From: a virus
IMG/VR virus record: IMGVR_UViG_3300042314_000343
Span: 1 to 64,000 of that record
Length of the DNA stretch: 64,000 nucleotides
Direction: 5' to 3' (one strand)
The position numbers and the translations under genes were made by a program. Below the pieces are notes generated by a model, which was not told the origin of the DNA, did no database searches, and was given only the letters and a program-made list of their open reading frames with translations. Below, piece after piece: positions 35,805 to 46,650 of this stretch. Position 1 is the stretch's first letter. Every line of letters begins with the position of its first letter.

Positions 35805-36161
35805 ATGGCATTTCCAGGCACATATAACATTTCGTATTACAAGGGTGATACGTATGAATTTAGAATTTACCCGAAAACTAACGCAGGCACAATCTTTGAT
35901 CTAACTGGTTACTCTGTTAAGTTTATGATTTCTGCTCTTCGTGGTCCAGATGGCGTAGCTGGAAGAATTACCGCATACGCATCCATTTCATCTGACAAGA
36001 CGCACATTGATTGTGCAATTTTGCCAGGTAACGGTGCATCACTAGACCCACTAGTAACATATGTTTATGACGTAGAGATATCTAAGACTGCAACTCCGTA
36101 TTCTTTGGTCAACACAGTACTTACTGGAGAGATCTCTGTAACAGATCAGGTGAGCACGTAA
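35805..36161 (+). CDS. Baseplate/BppU-like virion protein
   Basis: YKGDT...FDLTGY...YVYDVEI...LTGEI. Confidence 0.6.
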   Translation: MAFPGTYNISYYKGDTYEFRIYPKTNAGTIFDLTGYSVKFMISALRGPDGVAGRITAYASISSDKTHIDCAILPGNGASLDPLVTYVYDVEISKTATPYSLVNTVLTGEISVTDQVST

Positions 36162-36757
36162 TGGCAGACGCTATTGATGTAACACTTGGTGGTGCAACAG
36201 ATGTTGTTATTTCTGGAGGTCCAGCAACCGTAAACGTTGAGCTAGACTTTGGCCCAGCTGGAGAAAGAGGAAGCAAGACATTCGTTGGATATGGTAATCC
36301 AAATTCACCTTCGATGACTTTTCCAGACGACCCAATTGCACTAGACCTTTTTATCAATATTGCTCAATTCGATGAGACTTCAGAATACCTTTCTATGTAT
36401 CAGTACGTAATGGAAAGCGGAAGCATGACCTGGAAGTACGTTGTGTCTCTAGTTCCAACAATATTCTCCGACAACTACACAGCAACTTTTACAGATGGAG
36501 AAACATCAATTGACATTCCTTTGAACTCATTTGTTCCATCAACAATTTTGTCAACAGTAGAGTCAGATAATTTTAATACACAGGTTACAGTGAATAACCT
36601 TCACCCAGTTTCATTTGGTGTATCATCTGGTTCAATTTCTACCAGCGGAAACCTGAGAACCTTAACCCTAGACATTTCTGCTGTAGAGTTTGTCGGTGGA
36701 GAGTGGATTCCGCTTGATGGTCAAAAGGTAGTTCAGACATTTATTACTATGGTATAA
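36161..36757 (+). CDS. Virion structural protein
   Basis: GPAGERGS motif; in structural operon. Confidence 0.6.
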   Translation: MADAIDVTLGGATDVVISGGPATVNVELDFGPAGERGSKTFVGYGNPNSPSMTFPDDPIALDLFINIAQFDETSEYLSMYQYVMESGSMTWKYVVSLVPTIFSDNYTATFTDGETSIDIPLNSFVPSTILSTVESDNFNTQVTVNNLHPVSFGVSSGSISTSGNLRTLTLDISAVEFVGGEWIPLDGQKVVQTFITMV

Positions 36758-36775
36758 TCAATTTAGGTGATATGA

Positions 36776-37216
36776 ATGGCTTCTGAAGATATTGGATCAT
36801 TATTTCCAACAAAAATTCCTGGTTATGACGACGCTGCTGACATCCAAGCAGCACTAAGGTTATACCACTACGGATCGTCTACCTATGACGAGACCAACGA
36901 AGACCTTGGCGAACTCGTAAGAGACTCAGTCGCAGGGCAATTTAACAACATTGATGAAAGAATTGGTGCCATTGAAGATTCTGGATTTGGAAGCGAGGCT
37001 TCAACAGTAGAACCAGTAGACCCTATTGATGGTTACATTTGGATGAACCTAAACAGCACGGCTACCGTTTCATCAAGCTCAGTAGCAGCTTATCAGAATT
37101 CTGCACCAACGACAAATCTTGTAAATGGTGCATTGTGGGTAGACAAAGACTCTTCTCCACTAAAGATGTATGTTTATGACTCAGGCACTTCTGCCTGGAG
37201 GGAGATCGGTGCATAA
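36776..37216 (+). CDS. Tail-fibre-associated protein
   Basis: DGYIW / NGALWVD...YVYD...W fibre repeats. Confidence 0.65.
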   Translation: MASEDIGSLFPTKIPGYDDAADIQAALRLYHYGSSTYDETNEDLGELVRDSVAGQFNNIDERIGAIEDSGFGSEASTVEPVDPIDGYIWMNLNSTATVSSSSVAAYQNSAPTTNLVNGALWVDKDSSPLKMYVYDSGTSAWREIGA

Positions 37217-37875
37217 TGTCAACAATTAGCACGGTAGGTAAGATTGCATATGTGTACCAGGAGTCAACTGATACCTGGCATCCAGTAGCTGGATCAACTA
37301 ATACCGCAGCACCATATGTATGGACAGGAAATCACACCTTTGACGATGGTTCAAACGTTTCATTTGAAGAGGTTGTTTCTGCAAAGGCTGGAATTAACAA
37401 CTTCTTGAACCCATCAGCTAGAAACACAGCACTAGGTTCAAGTCCATCGGTAGACGGTATCGTTGTTTTTGTACGACAGGACGCTGACGGAAACTCAATC
37501 AATCAAGTTCAATATTCACAGAACGGTTCTTGGAAGAATGCATTTGGTCAAACTGAACTAAAGCAGGTGTCAAGCAACACATCGTACAACCTAATCCTTT
37601 CAGATGCAGGAAAGACTGTAGAACTATCTCCAAACTCTGGTATAACCATGACTGTTCAAATCCCAACAGAGGCTTCTGCTGGTTGGTCAAAGGGACAGAG
37701 AATAGAGTTCGTAAGAGTTGGGCAGGGCGTAGTAAGCTTTGCACCAGCATCTGGGGTAACTCTTAACAGCAAGAACGGTAACCGTCAGATTGCGGCTCAG
37801 TGGTCAGCAGCATTGCTCTACTACAGAGGTTCAAACTCTTGGGTTTTGATTGGTGACCTGACGGCATCTGCGTAG
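37216..37875 (+). CDS. Tail fibre protein ending WVLIGDL
   Basis: C-terminal domain similar to that of 44683-46647. Confidence 0.7.
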   Translation: MSTISTVGKIAYVYQESTDTWHPVAGSTNTAAPYVWTGNHTFDDGSNVSFEEVVSAKAGINNFLNPSARNTALGSSPSVDGIVVFVRQDADGNSINQVQYSQNGSWKNAFGQTELKQVSSNTSYNLILSDAGKTVELSPNSGITMTVQIPTEASAGWSKGQRIEFVRVGQGVVSFAPASGVTLNSKNGNRQIAAQWSAALLYYRGSNSWVLIGDLTASA

Positions 37876-37884
37876 GAGATCTTT

Positions 37885-38499
37885 ATGCTAGGTTCAGCTG
37901 CGATATTTGGTTCAAAGGGTATGGTAAGAGTTCCTACCATTACTGGACTTAGCACATCTGCAGCAGCAACCACAGCACAAGCATCTGGTTTAACCGTTTC
38001 ATCAACTGGAACCGTTACCACATACGAAACTGGACTTAACGGTATAGTTGCTTCTCAGTCACCATCTGCAAACTCTTTGCTAGATTATGGATCTGCAATA
38101 TCTTACACCTATTATGTTTACGAAACGCCACCATGTACTGGAACCAGAACTATTTGGTGGGGTTATTGTGATGGATCAACCCCAATGACTGGAAGCTTTG
38201 AGTATGACCACTGTAATGTAAGTTTTGAGGCTGCTCTAGAGGCTGAGTGGCCTTCGGCATATCGCCCAGCTGGATTCCAGGCATCTAACGGCGGCCCAGT
38301 TTCTGTAAGCTGTGGCGGCGGCGGCGGCTCTGGCGGCGGCGGAGATAGCGGTGGTGGAGATAGCGGCGGTGGAGGACCATCTTGCACAGTAGGAGATATT
38401 TGTGATACCAATACAGACGACTTCGCCTGTACCACTGTATATTATGTATACGATTCTAGCTGCAACTGTGTATACAGCTATTCTTTGCCAATATGCTAA
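37885..38499 (+). CDS. PASTA-like + Cys/Gly-rich fibre-tip protein
   Basis: VPTITGLSTSAA...VASQSPSA PASTA-like N-terminus; Gly linker; Cys-rich C-terminus. Confidence 0.6.
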   Translation: MLGSAAIFGSKGMVRVPTITGLSTSAAATTAQASGLTVSSTGTVTTYETGLNGIVASQSPSANSLLDYGSAISYTYYVYETPPCTGTRTIWWGYCDGSTPMTGSFEYDHCNVSFEAALEAEWPSAYRPAGFQASNGGPVSVSCGGGGGSGGGGDSGGGDSGGGGPSCTVGDICDTNTDDFACTTVYYVYDSSCNCVYSYSLPIC

Positions 38500-38529
38500 T
38501 GTGGTATAATCTTTGTTATAGGAGAAAAC

Positions 38530-38895
38530 ATGAGTAGCTATGATTTGCAAGGATACGCTCTTTTTGTAGATAATACATTTAAGACTATCTTGTATTATCC
38601 ATCAGGCGGTAGCTGGCAGGCAGTAAGGGTTACTGCAGCACTGAAAAGCAATCCAACAATCTCGTTAGATCTCTCTAATCAGGTTGAGAGTGTAAACAAG
38701 TATTCAATCCTCGTAGACGGAGAGTACGCTGACTACCTATTTATTCCAAAAGAGAACGATTCTTTTGATTTAAGCAAGCTACACAACGCTCTTCAAGACA
38801 ATCCAACCGTAGTGTGGATAGATTCAGAAACTAGGCCCCATCCAGACAGCAAGTGGTCATACGAAAATAATATATTGACTCAGGTAGAGGACTAG
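38530..38895 (+). CDS. Hypothetical protein with internal duplication
   Basis: Two (L/F)VD...AL.(S/D)NPT repeats; resembles 48467-48880. Confidence 0.65.
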   Translation: MSSYDLQGYALFVDNTFKTILYYPSGGSWQAVRVTAALKSNPTISLDLSNQVESVNKYSILVDGEYADYLFIPKENDSFDLSKLHNALQDNPTVVWIDSETRPHPDSKWSYENNILTQVED

Positions 38896-38900
38896 CCAAC

Positions 38901-39137
38901 TTGGAAGAGCTGACGCCATGGCAGCAGTATAAGAAAAATCTTGGAGAGACTAGGCCCTGGGATCTTGTAAATCCAAAAACTGAGTATGCAGAAGATTCAG
39001 TTGCATCTTCTAGATTTTTGATATGTGAAGAATGCCCATTTTTTATTTCTCTTACGTCTCAATGTAAGAAGTGCGGATGTTTTATGAAGGCAAAGACAAA
39101 GCTAGCAAAGGCTAAATGCCCAGAGCATAAGTGGTAA
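38901..39137 (+). CDS. Small Cys-rich protein (DUF6171-like), copy 2
   Basis: RPWDLVNP...RFLICEEC...QCKKCGCFMKAKTKL..AKCPEHKW. Confidence 0.75.
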   Translation: MEELTPWQQYKKNLGETRPWDLVNPKTEYAEDSVASSRFLICEECPFFISLTSQCKKCGCFMKAKTKLAKAKCPEHKW

Positions 39138-39141
39138 TTAA

Positions 39142-39645
39142 TTAGCCGACTAGCTTCTTTGCAGCATTTTCGGTAGACCAGGCAGACCAGTTCTTTCCAC
39201 CATTTGACATTTGATATGCAATTTGTGCACTGATCAGTGGGTTGTACAAGTCTTCGTTAGACTTTAAGTTGTACTTGTCTCTACGATTAGGACCCATAGA
39301 TCCAGACATATTGATTTGAAATAATCCGTAACAGTTGCTAGATCTGTTCAAAGACATTGGTCTATTTGTAGATTCATAGAATGCAATGGCTTTAGCCATC
39401 TTTAATCCATTACCAGAAAACCCAGCTTGCCTGAGAATACCGTCAAGTTCTTCATCAGACAGCTGGGTAGTTCTGTCGTAACTAGCTTTTACTATTTCAT
39501 ATGAGCCACGAACAAATTCAATCTCGTAGCTAGGCACAGACAGAGTCTGTAATCCAGAGATGTCAGTCTGACCTAAACCAGACATATTTGTGGTACCAAG
39601 ACTAGCAAGTAGACTTATGGTGCTAATAACTGCATATGTTTTCAT
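39142..39645 (-). CDS. Secreted lysozyme-like transglycosylase
   Basis: Signal peptide; AIAFYES, YGLFQIN, NWSAW. Confidence 0.85.
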   Translation of the reverse strand: MKTYAVISTISLLASLGTTNMSGLGQTDISGLQTLSVPSYEIEFVRGSYEIVKASYDRTTQLSDEELDGILRQAGFSGNGLKMAKAIAFYESTNRPMSLNRSSNCYGLFQINMSGSMGPNRRDKYNLKSNEDLYNPLISAQIAYQMSNGGKNWSAWSTENAAKKLVG

Positions 39646-39647
39646 AA

Positions 39648-40265
39648 TTAATTTTCTATTACTCTAATAAAGGAAATCTCGCTTTGAGAAAACCATCCAT
39701 CTGTTAATTCAATTTTTTCTGTTTTTGTTCCTGGTTTCTTGGAGTGGATTACCTGGTTGTTACCAGCGTAAATTCCAACATGGTAATATTTTTTAGAATT
39801 CAAATGCTTGAATCCAACAATATCTCCAACCTGTGGGGTCTGTACATAGTAGCCAGCGTTCTTTGCTTGCTTGCTAGCTGAATGATCTAGCTCAATATCA
39901 ATTCCTTCATAGAACCATCTGGTCAACCCAGAGCAGTCCCACCCAGAAGGAGAGGATCCGCTAAATACGTACCAGGTCTTTCCAACATATTTTTCTAGCT
40001 CAACAAGCCTATCTTTAAGAGCTTGCCTATTGGCAACTCTTTCCTTTTCAGCCTTTTGTTGTTCAGCTATATTTTTCAAAGCTTCGGCAGCTTGCTGCTC
40101 CAGCATTGTTTGTTCCTTGTGAGTCTCAATGATCTGAGACATGGCGTTTACTTCGTAAACTGGCTTATATTTATTTGTACTTAATGATTTATGGTCATCA
40201 GCCACGGTAGCTGCAGAACAGCCAAGTAAAACTACTACCGCTCCTAGTATTACAATCTTTTTCAA
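39648..40265 (-). CDS. NlpC/P60 cell-wall peptidase
   Basis: Signal/lipobox-like N-terminus; YVFSG...WDCSG, HVGIY, IHS. Confidence 0.88.
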   Translation of the reverse strand: MKKIVILGAVVVLLGCSAATVADDHKSLSTNKYKPVYEVNAMSQIIETHKEQTMLEQQAAEALKNIAEQQKAEKERVANRQALKDRLVELEKYVGKTWYVFSGSSPSGWDCSGLTRWFYEGIDIELDHSASKQAKNAGYYVQTPQVGDIVGFKHLNSKKYYHVGIYAGNNQVIHSKKPGTKTEKIELTDGWFSQSEISFIRVIEN

Positions 40266-40366
40266 GTTGCACCTCCTAAAGCAAAAAGCACCTTTTTTAA
40301 GGGTGCCTAGATTTGGTCTTAATATTATAGCATCGTTTGCCTAGATTGTCATGCTATAATTAAAAC

Positions 40367-40882
40367 ATGGCACAAGGAAGATCAGACGGGCTGGACCTGC
40401 CCTACCCACTAGCAGAAGATTACGTCAACGTTCACGGAGACATTCGTCAGCTAGTAGAAAAGCTTGAGGTTGTACTACCTCCGCTTGGACTTTCGTATTT
40501 TCAGCTTCAGGTTACCAATAACAGTGGTGCAGCCATAGCAGCAGGAGATCCTCTGGTTGCATCAGGTTTTACCACAAAGACAAACGTTAGAGAGGCTATT
40601 GCTGCTGACGTGCTACCAATTTTGGGTCTAGCTAAAGAAGCAATTCCAAACGGAACTGATGGCGTAGCTGTTGTTGCTGGAGTTCTAAATGGGGTAAACA
40701 CTTCTGGATTTGCAGCTGGAGATATTCTATATGTTGGAGTATCTGGAGGACTTACCAATGTCAGACCTTCCGCAGGTGGAGGTGCCGTAGGGCTTGTTGC
40801 ACACGCAGCAACAGATGGTGTAGTTATCGTTGAGCCAAAGGGCAATGGAACTTGGGGAGCACTCAAGGCTGGACTAGCCTAA
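40367..40882 (+). CDS. Virion protein (capsid-cement/DUF2190-like fold)
   Basis: NNSGAAIAAGD...GLA...GDILYV. Confidence 0.55.
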   Translation: MAQGRSDGLDLPYPLAEDYVNVHGDIRQLVEKLEVVLPPLGLSYFQLQVTNNSGAAIAAGDPLVASGFTTKTNVREAIAADVLPILGLAKEAIPNGTDGVAVVAGVLNGVNTSGFAAGDILYVGVSGGLTNVRPSAGGGAVGLVAHAATDGVVIVEPKGNGTWGALKAGLA

Positions 40883-40900
40883 AGGTGGTATAATAATAAA

Positions 40901-41290
40901 ATGGCCAGATCAAAATCTTATGAAGTCGGAAGTATTCCACCGCAGGTGGCGTGGACAGTAGTCCGTGGAGACACTGCCTCATTCAAGGTTTACGTTACAA
41001 ATGATGCAAAGCAAGCACTAGAGCTAGAAGACTGGACAATCGCAATGAAGATAAAGCGTCCAAACCTAGCTAAGAATTCTGGAATTATTACTGACGACGC
41101 CACTCTAATTTCTACCCTCACACCTGCCGCAGATGAGGACGACCTTCCTGGAGAGTTTACCGTATCTCTAACAGCTAACGAGTCTTTAAATCTGCAAACT
41201 GGAGACATATTTGATATTCAGCTATCTCAGCCAGGAACTGTTTGGACAGTTGCCCAGGGAAGAATGGTTATCATTGAAGATGTGACATAA
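40901..41290 (+). CDS. Baseplate/BppU-like virion protein
   Basis: VVRGDT...FDIQL...TVAQG. Confidence 0.6.
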   Translation: MARSKSYEVGSIPPQVAWTVVRGDTASFKVYVTNDAKQALELEDWTIAMKIKRPNLAKNSGIITDDATLISTLTPAADEDDLPGEFTVSLTANESLNLQTGDIFDIQLSQPGTVWTVAQGRMVIIEDVT

Positions 41291-41514
41291 TGGCAAAAGC
41301 AGTCATAGTAGCTGATACAAAGCGACACACAAGAAAGATCACACCATCAAACTTTTTTAACTCAAAAATAAAGTTTAAGTCTGGAAATGCAAAGATAGAC
41401 GAAGTTCTTCCATTCAGGGTTAAGTTTATAAACGTTGATATCGCTCAATACACAAGCACTACCCCAGCAGGTATTGGAATTGCAATCATTGGAGTTAGTA
41501 ACTACATCTTGTAA
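41290..41514 (+). CDS. Hypothetical structural protein
   Basis: Coupled ORF ending GIGIAIIGVSNYIL. Confidence 0.6.
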   Translation: MAKAVIVADTKRHTRKITPSNFFNSKIKFKSGNAKIDEVLPFRVKFINVDIAQYTSTTPAGIGIAIIGVSNYIL

Positions 41515-41537
41515 AGATAAATGTTATAATGTAATTT

Positions 41538-41861
41538 ATGGCTATTTTAACTATTCAGCAGTTGCTAAACAAATTTGGCCCTGGAGAGATTCCAAGATCT
41601 GACGACTACCAGGACCTAATTCAAACGCTCTCGGATGATAGAAATGCCGTCCACTTTTCTGACACACAGCCAGCAGACCCTTTGGCTACCCCAATATGGT
41701 TTAATACTTCTTCGCTCACACTTTCCGTATATGACTCAGAGTGGAAGTCTGTTGGTGTACTTCTAGATATTTCCTCAGCTGCAAATGGAGATGTTCTGGT
41801 ATATTCATCTAGTAATGATGCCTGGGAAAACCAGTCCGTACTAGATGGAGGCACCCCATAA
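41538..41861 (+). CDS. Fibre-associated protein
   Basis: KFGPGEIPRSDDYQDLI N-terminus paralogous to next gene; ends LDGGTP. Confidence 0.65.
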   Translation: MAILTIQQLLNKFGPGEIPRSDDYQDLIQTLSDDRNAVHFSDTQPADPLATPIWFNTSSLTLSVYDSEWKSVGVLLDISSAANGDVLVYSSSNDAWENQSVLDGGTP

Positions 41862-41889
41862 TCATAAAAAAAACCAGTATACTTGTTAC

Positions 41890-42336
41890 ATGTCCAGATC
41901 CCAAATCACATATGTTAAGTCTCGCTTTGAAAGCGGAGACAGGCCATCACAATCAGACTACGAAGACCTGATTGATACCTCTACCGCTCAGGCTACAGAC
42001 CTGGGCACCTTTGGAAATAACGAAAACACCATCACAGGCATTGAGAACGTCACACACATTGATGAGTTTGATGCGACGGTATGGAGAATGGTAAAGTATG
42101 TAATCTCACTGTCAAAGACGACCCAGGGAGACAACTACTTTTATGCAACAGAGTTGACCGTACTAATTGATGGAGAAGATGTCTCTGTTAGCGAGTACGG
42201 CACAATTGACAACGATGGGAATATGGGAACCATTAGCGTCTCTAGGACTGGAGATACGGTTAAACTTACCGTTACCCCAGATTCAGTCATTAAGCCAGTT
42301 ACCGTACGTTTTGCACGTATGGGACTTAAGGCATAA
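41890..42336 (+). CDS. Virion structural protein
   Basis: Leaderless MSRSQI after TATACT; RFESGDRPSQSDYEDLI; SEYG motif. Confidence 0.7.
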   Translation: MSRSQITYVKSRFESGDRPSQSDYEDLIDTSTAQATDLGTFGNNENTITGIENVTHIDEFDATVWRMVKYVISLSKTTQGDNYFYATELTVLIDGEDVSVSEYGTIDNDGNMGTISVSRTGDTVKLTVTPDSVIKPVTVRFARMGLKA

Positions 42337-42356
42337 CTAAAACAGGAGATAATAAA

Positions 42357-44180
42357 ATGGCAACAGTCGTAAAAGACTTTAAGATTAAGAGCGGACTGGT
42401 TGTTGAGGGTACCACAGGAACCATCAACACCTACGACATTCTTACAAAGAAGCAAGCAGACCAGGATTACATCATTGGTCTTATCGGTGGCACAGCCACT
42501 TCAGAAAACACAGCAGACACCGTTGTAAAGCGTGATGAGGATGGCAGCTTTGCTGCTGAAGTCATTACAGCAGAAGGCGGATTTGTTGGTAACCTAACAG
42601 GTGACGTAACAGGTGATGTATCTGGTAATGCAGGTACCGCAACTGCACTAGAAACAGCTCGCACCATTGAGCTAACTGGTGACGTAACTGGCTCTGTATC
42701 ATTTGATGGTACATCAAACGTTCAGATCTCTGCAACCATTGATGGTGACTTTGCAACTGACTCAGAGGTAGCAACTGCTAAGCAGGAAGCTATTGATGCA
42801 GCTGCTCTAGATGCAACTTCAAAGGCAGACGCCGCTGAAGAAGCCGCTAACGACTACACAGATGGTCGTGAAACAGCTATCACTACAGCTTACCAGTCTT
42901 ACGCAGACCAGGCAGAGCTAGACGCTGTTGCAACTGCAGAGTCTTACACAGACGCTCGTGAGACTGCTATCACAACCGCTTACGAAGCATACGCTGACCA
43001 GGCAGAGGTAGACGCTAAGGCCTACACAGACGCTCGTGAAACAGCAATCACAACTGCCTACCAGTCTTACGCAGACCAGGCAGAAGTAGATGCTAAGGCA
43101 TACGCAGACCAGAAGGTTGCAGACCTAGTAGATGGTGCACCAGCACTTCTAGACACTCTAAACGAGTTGGCAGCAGCACTTGAGGACAACCCAGATGTTA
43201 TTGCTGACCTAAGAGACATTGCTGATGGAAAGCAGGACACCCTAACCGCAGGTGCAAACATTGACATTACAGGAGACACAATTTCTGTAACTGGTCTAGA
43301 CACCAACGACGTTGCTGAAGGAACTAACCTTTACTTCACAGACGCTCGTGCAGTTACTGCAAACACTGGTCTATGGGACACCATTGGTGCCGCATCAGAC
43401 GCACAGGAAGCAGCAGAGGACTTCGCTACCGCAGCAGACACAACCCTTTACGGAACTGTTACTGGCGACATCGCAACTGCAAAGTCGGAAGCTGGAACAA
43501 TTGCTCAGGGCTATGCTAACACTGCAGAGCAGAACGCAAAGGACTACGCTGACGGAATCGTTGAAGAGCTTGACGGCATCGTTAACGACCTAACCACAGA
43601 CGACATTGCAGAGGGTACAAACCTTTACTTCACTGACGGCCGTGCCAAGACATCTGCAGCAGAGCTTCTAACTGGTGCAACCCTAACCAACATTACCATC
43701 ACTGGTAACGGTTCTGGTCTAACAATTACCGCAGAAAACGGTGTAGCTGACTCTACCACTGACGACCTTGAAGAAGGAGAGGACAACCTTTACTTCCTAG
43801 ACTCACGTGCAGTAACAGCTCTTGAAGCAGTAGTTCCAAACTTTACAGCTGTAGAGTTTAACTCTGTTGCAAAGCAGGTAGCTGCAGAGGCATCAGTCGC
43901 AACAGCAAGCACAAGCAATGCACTAACATGGGCAAAGGCTGAGTACCGCTCTGCTGAGTTCCTAGTCAAGATCAAGCAGGGTAACCACACAGAGGTTTCC
44001 AAGCTAGTTCTAACAATGGACGTATCTGACAACATTGCTATCACCGAATACGCAATGGTTGGAACTAACGGAGACCTAGGATCCTACTCTGCTACCGTAT
44101 CTGGTGACAACGTAGCCCTAACCGTAACCACCCTAAACAATAACTCTGATGTTATGGTTGTAGGAACACTGCTTAAGTAA
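42357..44180 (+). CDS. Long tail fibre protein
   Basis: GNAGTATALETARTI, APALLDTLNELAAAL, repeated EGTNLYFTD. Confidence 0.85.
   Translation: MATVVKDFKIKSGLVVEGTTGTINTYDILTKKQADQDYIIGLIGGTATSENTADTVVKRDEDGSFAAEVITAEGGFVGNLTGDVTGDVSGNAGTATALETARTIELTGDVTGSVSFDGTSNVQISATIDGDFATDSEVATAKQEAIDAAALDATSKADAAEEAANDYTDGRETAITTAYQSYADQAELDAVATAESYTDARETAITTAYEAYADQAEVDAKAYTDARETAITTAYQSYADQAEVDAKAYADQKVADLVDGAPALLDTLNELAAALEDNPDVIADLRDIADGKQDTLTAGANIDITGDTISVTGLDTNDVAEGTNLYFTDARAVTANTGLWDTIGAASDAQEAAEDFATAADTTLYGTVTGDIATAKSEAGTIAQGYANTAEQNAKDYADGIVEELDGIVNDLTTDDIAEGTNLYFTDGRAKTSAAELLTGATLTNITITGNGSGLTITAENGVADSTTDDLEEGEDNLYFLDSRAVTALEAVVPNFTAVEFNSVAKQVAAEASVATASTSNALTWAKAEYRSAEFLVKIKQGNHTEVSKLVLTMDVSDNIAITEYAMVGTNGDLGSYSATVSGDNVALTVTTLNNNSDVMVVGTLLK
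42853..43110 (+). repeat. Intragenic tandem repeats in tail fibre
   Basis: Three YTD(A/G)RETAITTAY(Q/E)(S/A)YADQAE units, conserved at nucleotide level. Confidence 0.85.
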
Positions 44181-44220
44181 GCAAAACAAAACAAGTTAAT
44201 CTGAAAGGAGGAGTATTTAA

Positions 44221-44607
44221 ATGAGCACAATGGACAAGGACTTCAAAGTCAAAAACGGAATCCAGGTAACTGGAGGTGGAACCTTTGGAGCACCAGTCGT
44301 AGTTGCTACACCAACGGAAGACAATCACGCAGTAACAAGGGCATACCTTGACGATGCGATTGCTACCCCAGTTGGAGATACTCCTCCTTCAGATCCAACA
44401 AATGGAGACTTTTGGTTTGACACTGAAACCGAAAGACTGAAGGTATATTTCAACACAGAGTGGATCAGCCTTGCAACAAGAGGAGATCAGATTCCTGATC
44501 ACATCCACGACACAACCATTGACGGCGATGGAAGAATTACAGAGATTTTCTGGGACGGCCAGTTCCCAGAATTGGCAATGCAGATTCTGGATGGCGGAAC
44601 CCCGTAA
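44221..44607 (+). CDS. Fibre-associated protein
   Basis: KDFKVKNG N-terminus like 42357; GDFWFD; ends LDGGTP. Confidence 0.7.
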   Translation: MSTMDKDFKVKNGIQVTGGGTFGAPVVVATPTEDNHAVTRAYLDDAIATPVGDTPPSDPTNGDFWFDTETERLKVYFNTEWISLATRGDQIPDHIHDTTIDGDGRITEIFWDGQFPELAMQILDGGTP

Positions 44608-44682
44608 TCTTTAACCCTGTTTGCAAAAAAATAACTGGTATAATTAAGTAATTGGTAGCACCCCAATAGGAGAATTTTAAAT

Positions 44683-46647
44683 ATGGCAACTAGAATGCAG
44701 CAACGCAGAGGAACTGCGTCACAGTGGACAACAGCTAACACAATTTTGGCAGCTGGAGAAATCGGTTTTGAGACCGACACCAACCAGTTTAAGATTGGTG
44801 ATGGAACCACTGCTTGGTCATCTTTGCCATACTTCAAGAACCTTGAAGACCTAGGTGCTAACCTAGATGACTACGTTCTAGTAGAGCTATTGGGAGAGCC
44901 AGAAGGTGTTGCTACTCTAGATGCAACAGGAAAGCTTACAGACTCTCAGATTCCAGATACAATTCATGGACCTACTGGCCCTACAGGTCCTACAGGACCA
45001 ATCGGACCTACTGGTGCAGATGGAGAAATGGGTCCAGAGGGACCACAGGGTGAGACTGGAGACGACGGTGCTGTCGGACCAACAGGCCCAACTGGACCGC
45101 AGGGTACAGATATTCACTTCGCAGGATCAGTTGCTGACGTAGCAAGCCTGCCATCAAGCGGTAACGAAGTAAACGATGCGTACATTGTTGACGCTGACGG
45201 AAACCTATACGTATGGAACGGAACTTCCTGGACTGACGCTGGTCAGATTGTTGGACCGCAGGGAGATACTGGTCCTACTGGACCAACGGGGCCAGAGGGT
45301 CCACTAGGTGGAGTATTTTATGTAAGTGCAACACAGCCTACAACTACGGTTGACGGTTCTGTTTGGTTCCAGGAAGGAACTGGACTATCTTATGTTTATG
45401 TTGCAGATGAAACTTCTTGGGAATTGCTAAACATGTTTGGACCTACTGGTCCACAGGGACAGGTTGGGCCAACTGGACCTCAAGGTGCTACTGGAGATAC
45501 TGGACCAACAGGGCCAGTCGGAAATGTGGGTCCTACAGGGCCAATCGGTGCTACAGGACCACAAGGTGACCAGGGACTTCAGGGTGCTCAGGGTGACCAG
45601 GGTGACCTAGGACCAACAGGTCCACAGGGAGAAATGGGGCCAACAGGACCTCAAGGATCTCTAGGACCAACAGGTCCACAGGGTCCTACAGGACCAATCG
45701 GACCAACTGGACCAACTGGTGCTGACTCTACCGTAGCAGGACCAACAGGTCCTACAGGTGCAACTGGTCCACAGGGTGTTGCTGGTGAAGACTCTACTGT
45801 TCCAGGTCCTACAGGACCAACTGGACCTACAGGACCACAGGGATCGTTCGGTGGTGCAACATTTGACTACACCTATGACTCTGAAACAAGCCACCCAGAA
45901 ACGCTGCCTGATGGAGTTCTAAGGCTGAACAACGCAGACTTGACACTTGCCACGGCACTCTACATTGACTTCCTAGATGATGCATCAGTAAACGTCTACA
46001 ACTTCTTGCAGACAATTGATGACTCAACATCTGCAGTTAAGGGGTCATTTAAGCTTTACAAGAAATCCGCCCCAGATGACTTTGTGTTCTTTAACATAGT
46101 CGGAGAGCACACTCATGTCACAGACCACTTTGACGTACCAGTTGCGTATGTTACTGGATCTGTTTCAAGCTTCTCAGACAACGAAGATGTGTTGATCACA
46201 TTTGCAAGAACTGGTGACATTGGTGACACTGGACCTACAGGTCCAACAGGACCAGCAGGAGCTACGGGACCAACAGGTCCACAGGGAAATGCAGGACCAA
46301 CAGGTCCAACTGGACCAGCAGGTGCTGACTCCCCAACAGTAGTCTCAATTGTTTCTGCAACTGACAACTATAGCGTAACAGCAGCAGACAAGAACAAGAT
46401 GGTTAAGATCACCTCTTCTTCTGCTAAGACAGTTACCTTCCCAACTATATCTACCGAACCAACTCTTGAGGTAGGCATGACCTTTACAATTGCTCAGATG
46501 GGAACTGGAAGACTAACAATGACTCCAGCATCATCAGCAGTTGTATACACCACACCAGGAAACAAGACTAGAGCTCAGTACTCAACTGTATCTGCACTCT
46601 ACCTTGGTTCTAACGAATGGCTAGTCTCAGGAGATTTGGCGGTATAA
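44683..46647 (+). CDS. Collagen-like tail fibre (Mtd-N-like head, GPT repeats)
   Basis: [10 protein letters not shown]...[17 protein letters not shown]; long Gly-Pro-Thr/Gln runs; ends WLVSGDL. Confidence 0.9.
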   Translation: MATRMQQRRGTASQWTTANTILAAGEIGFETDTNQFKIGDGTTAWSSLPYFKNLEDLGANLDDYVLVELLGEPEGVATLDATGKLTDSQIPDTIHGPTGPTGPTGPIGPTGADGEMGPEGPQGETGDDGAVGPTGPTGPQGTDIHFAGSVADVASLPSSGNEVNDAYIVDADGNLYVWNGTSWTDAGQIVGPQGDTGPTGPTGPEGPLGGVFYVSATQPTTTVDGSVWFQEGTGLSYVYVADETSWELLNMFGPTGPQGQVGPTGPQGATGDTGPTGPVGNVGPTGPIGATGPQGDQGLQGAQGDQGDLGPTGPQGEMGPTGPQGSLGPTGPQGPTGPIGPTGPTGADSTVAGPTGPTGATGPQGVAGEDSTVPGPTGPTGPTGPQGSFGGATFDYTYDSETSHPETLPDGVLRLNNADLTLATALYIDFLDDASVNVYNFLQTIDDSTSAVKGSFKLYKKSAPDDFVFFNIVGEHTHVTDHFDVPVAYVTGSVSSFSDNEDVLITFARTGDIGDTGPTGPTGPAGATGPTGPQGNAGPTGPTGPAGADSPTVVSIVSATDNYSVTAADKNKMVKITSSSAKTVTFPTISTEPTLEVGMTFTIAQMGTGRLTMTPASSAVVYTTPGNKTRAQYSTVSALYLGSNEWLVSGDLAV

Positions 46648-46650
46648 CAT

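Noticed and set aside
42467-46367. Antisense ORFs within fibre genes, and similar shadows over portal, protease and capsid
   Set aside because: Shadows of biased codon usage and repeats on the coding strand; no independent initiation signals.
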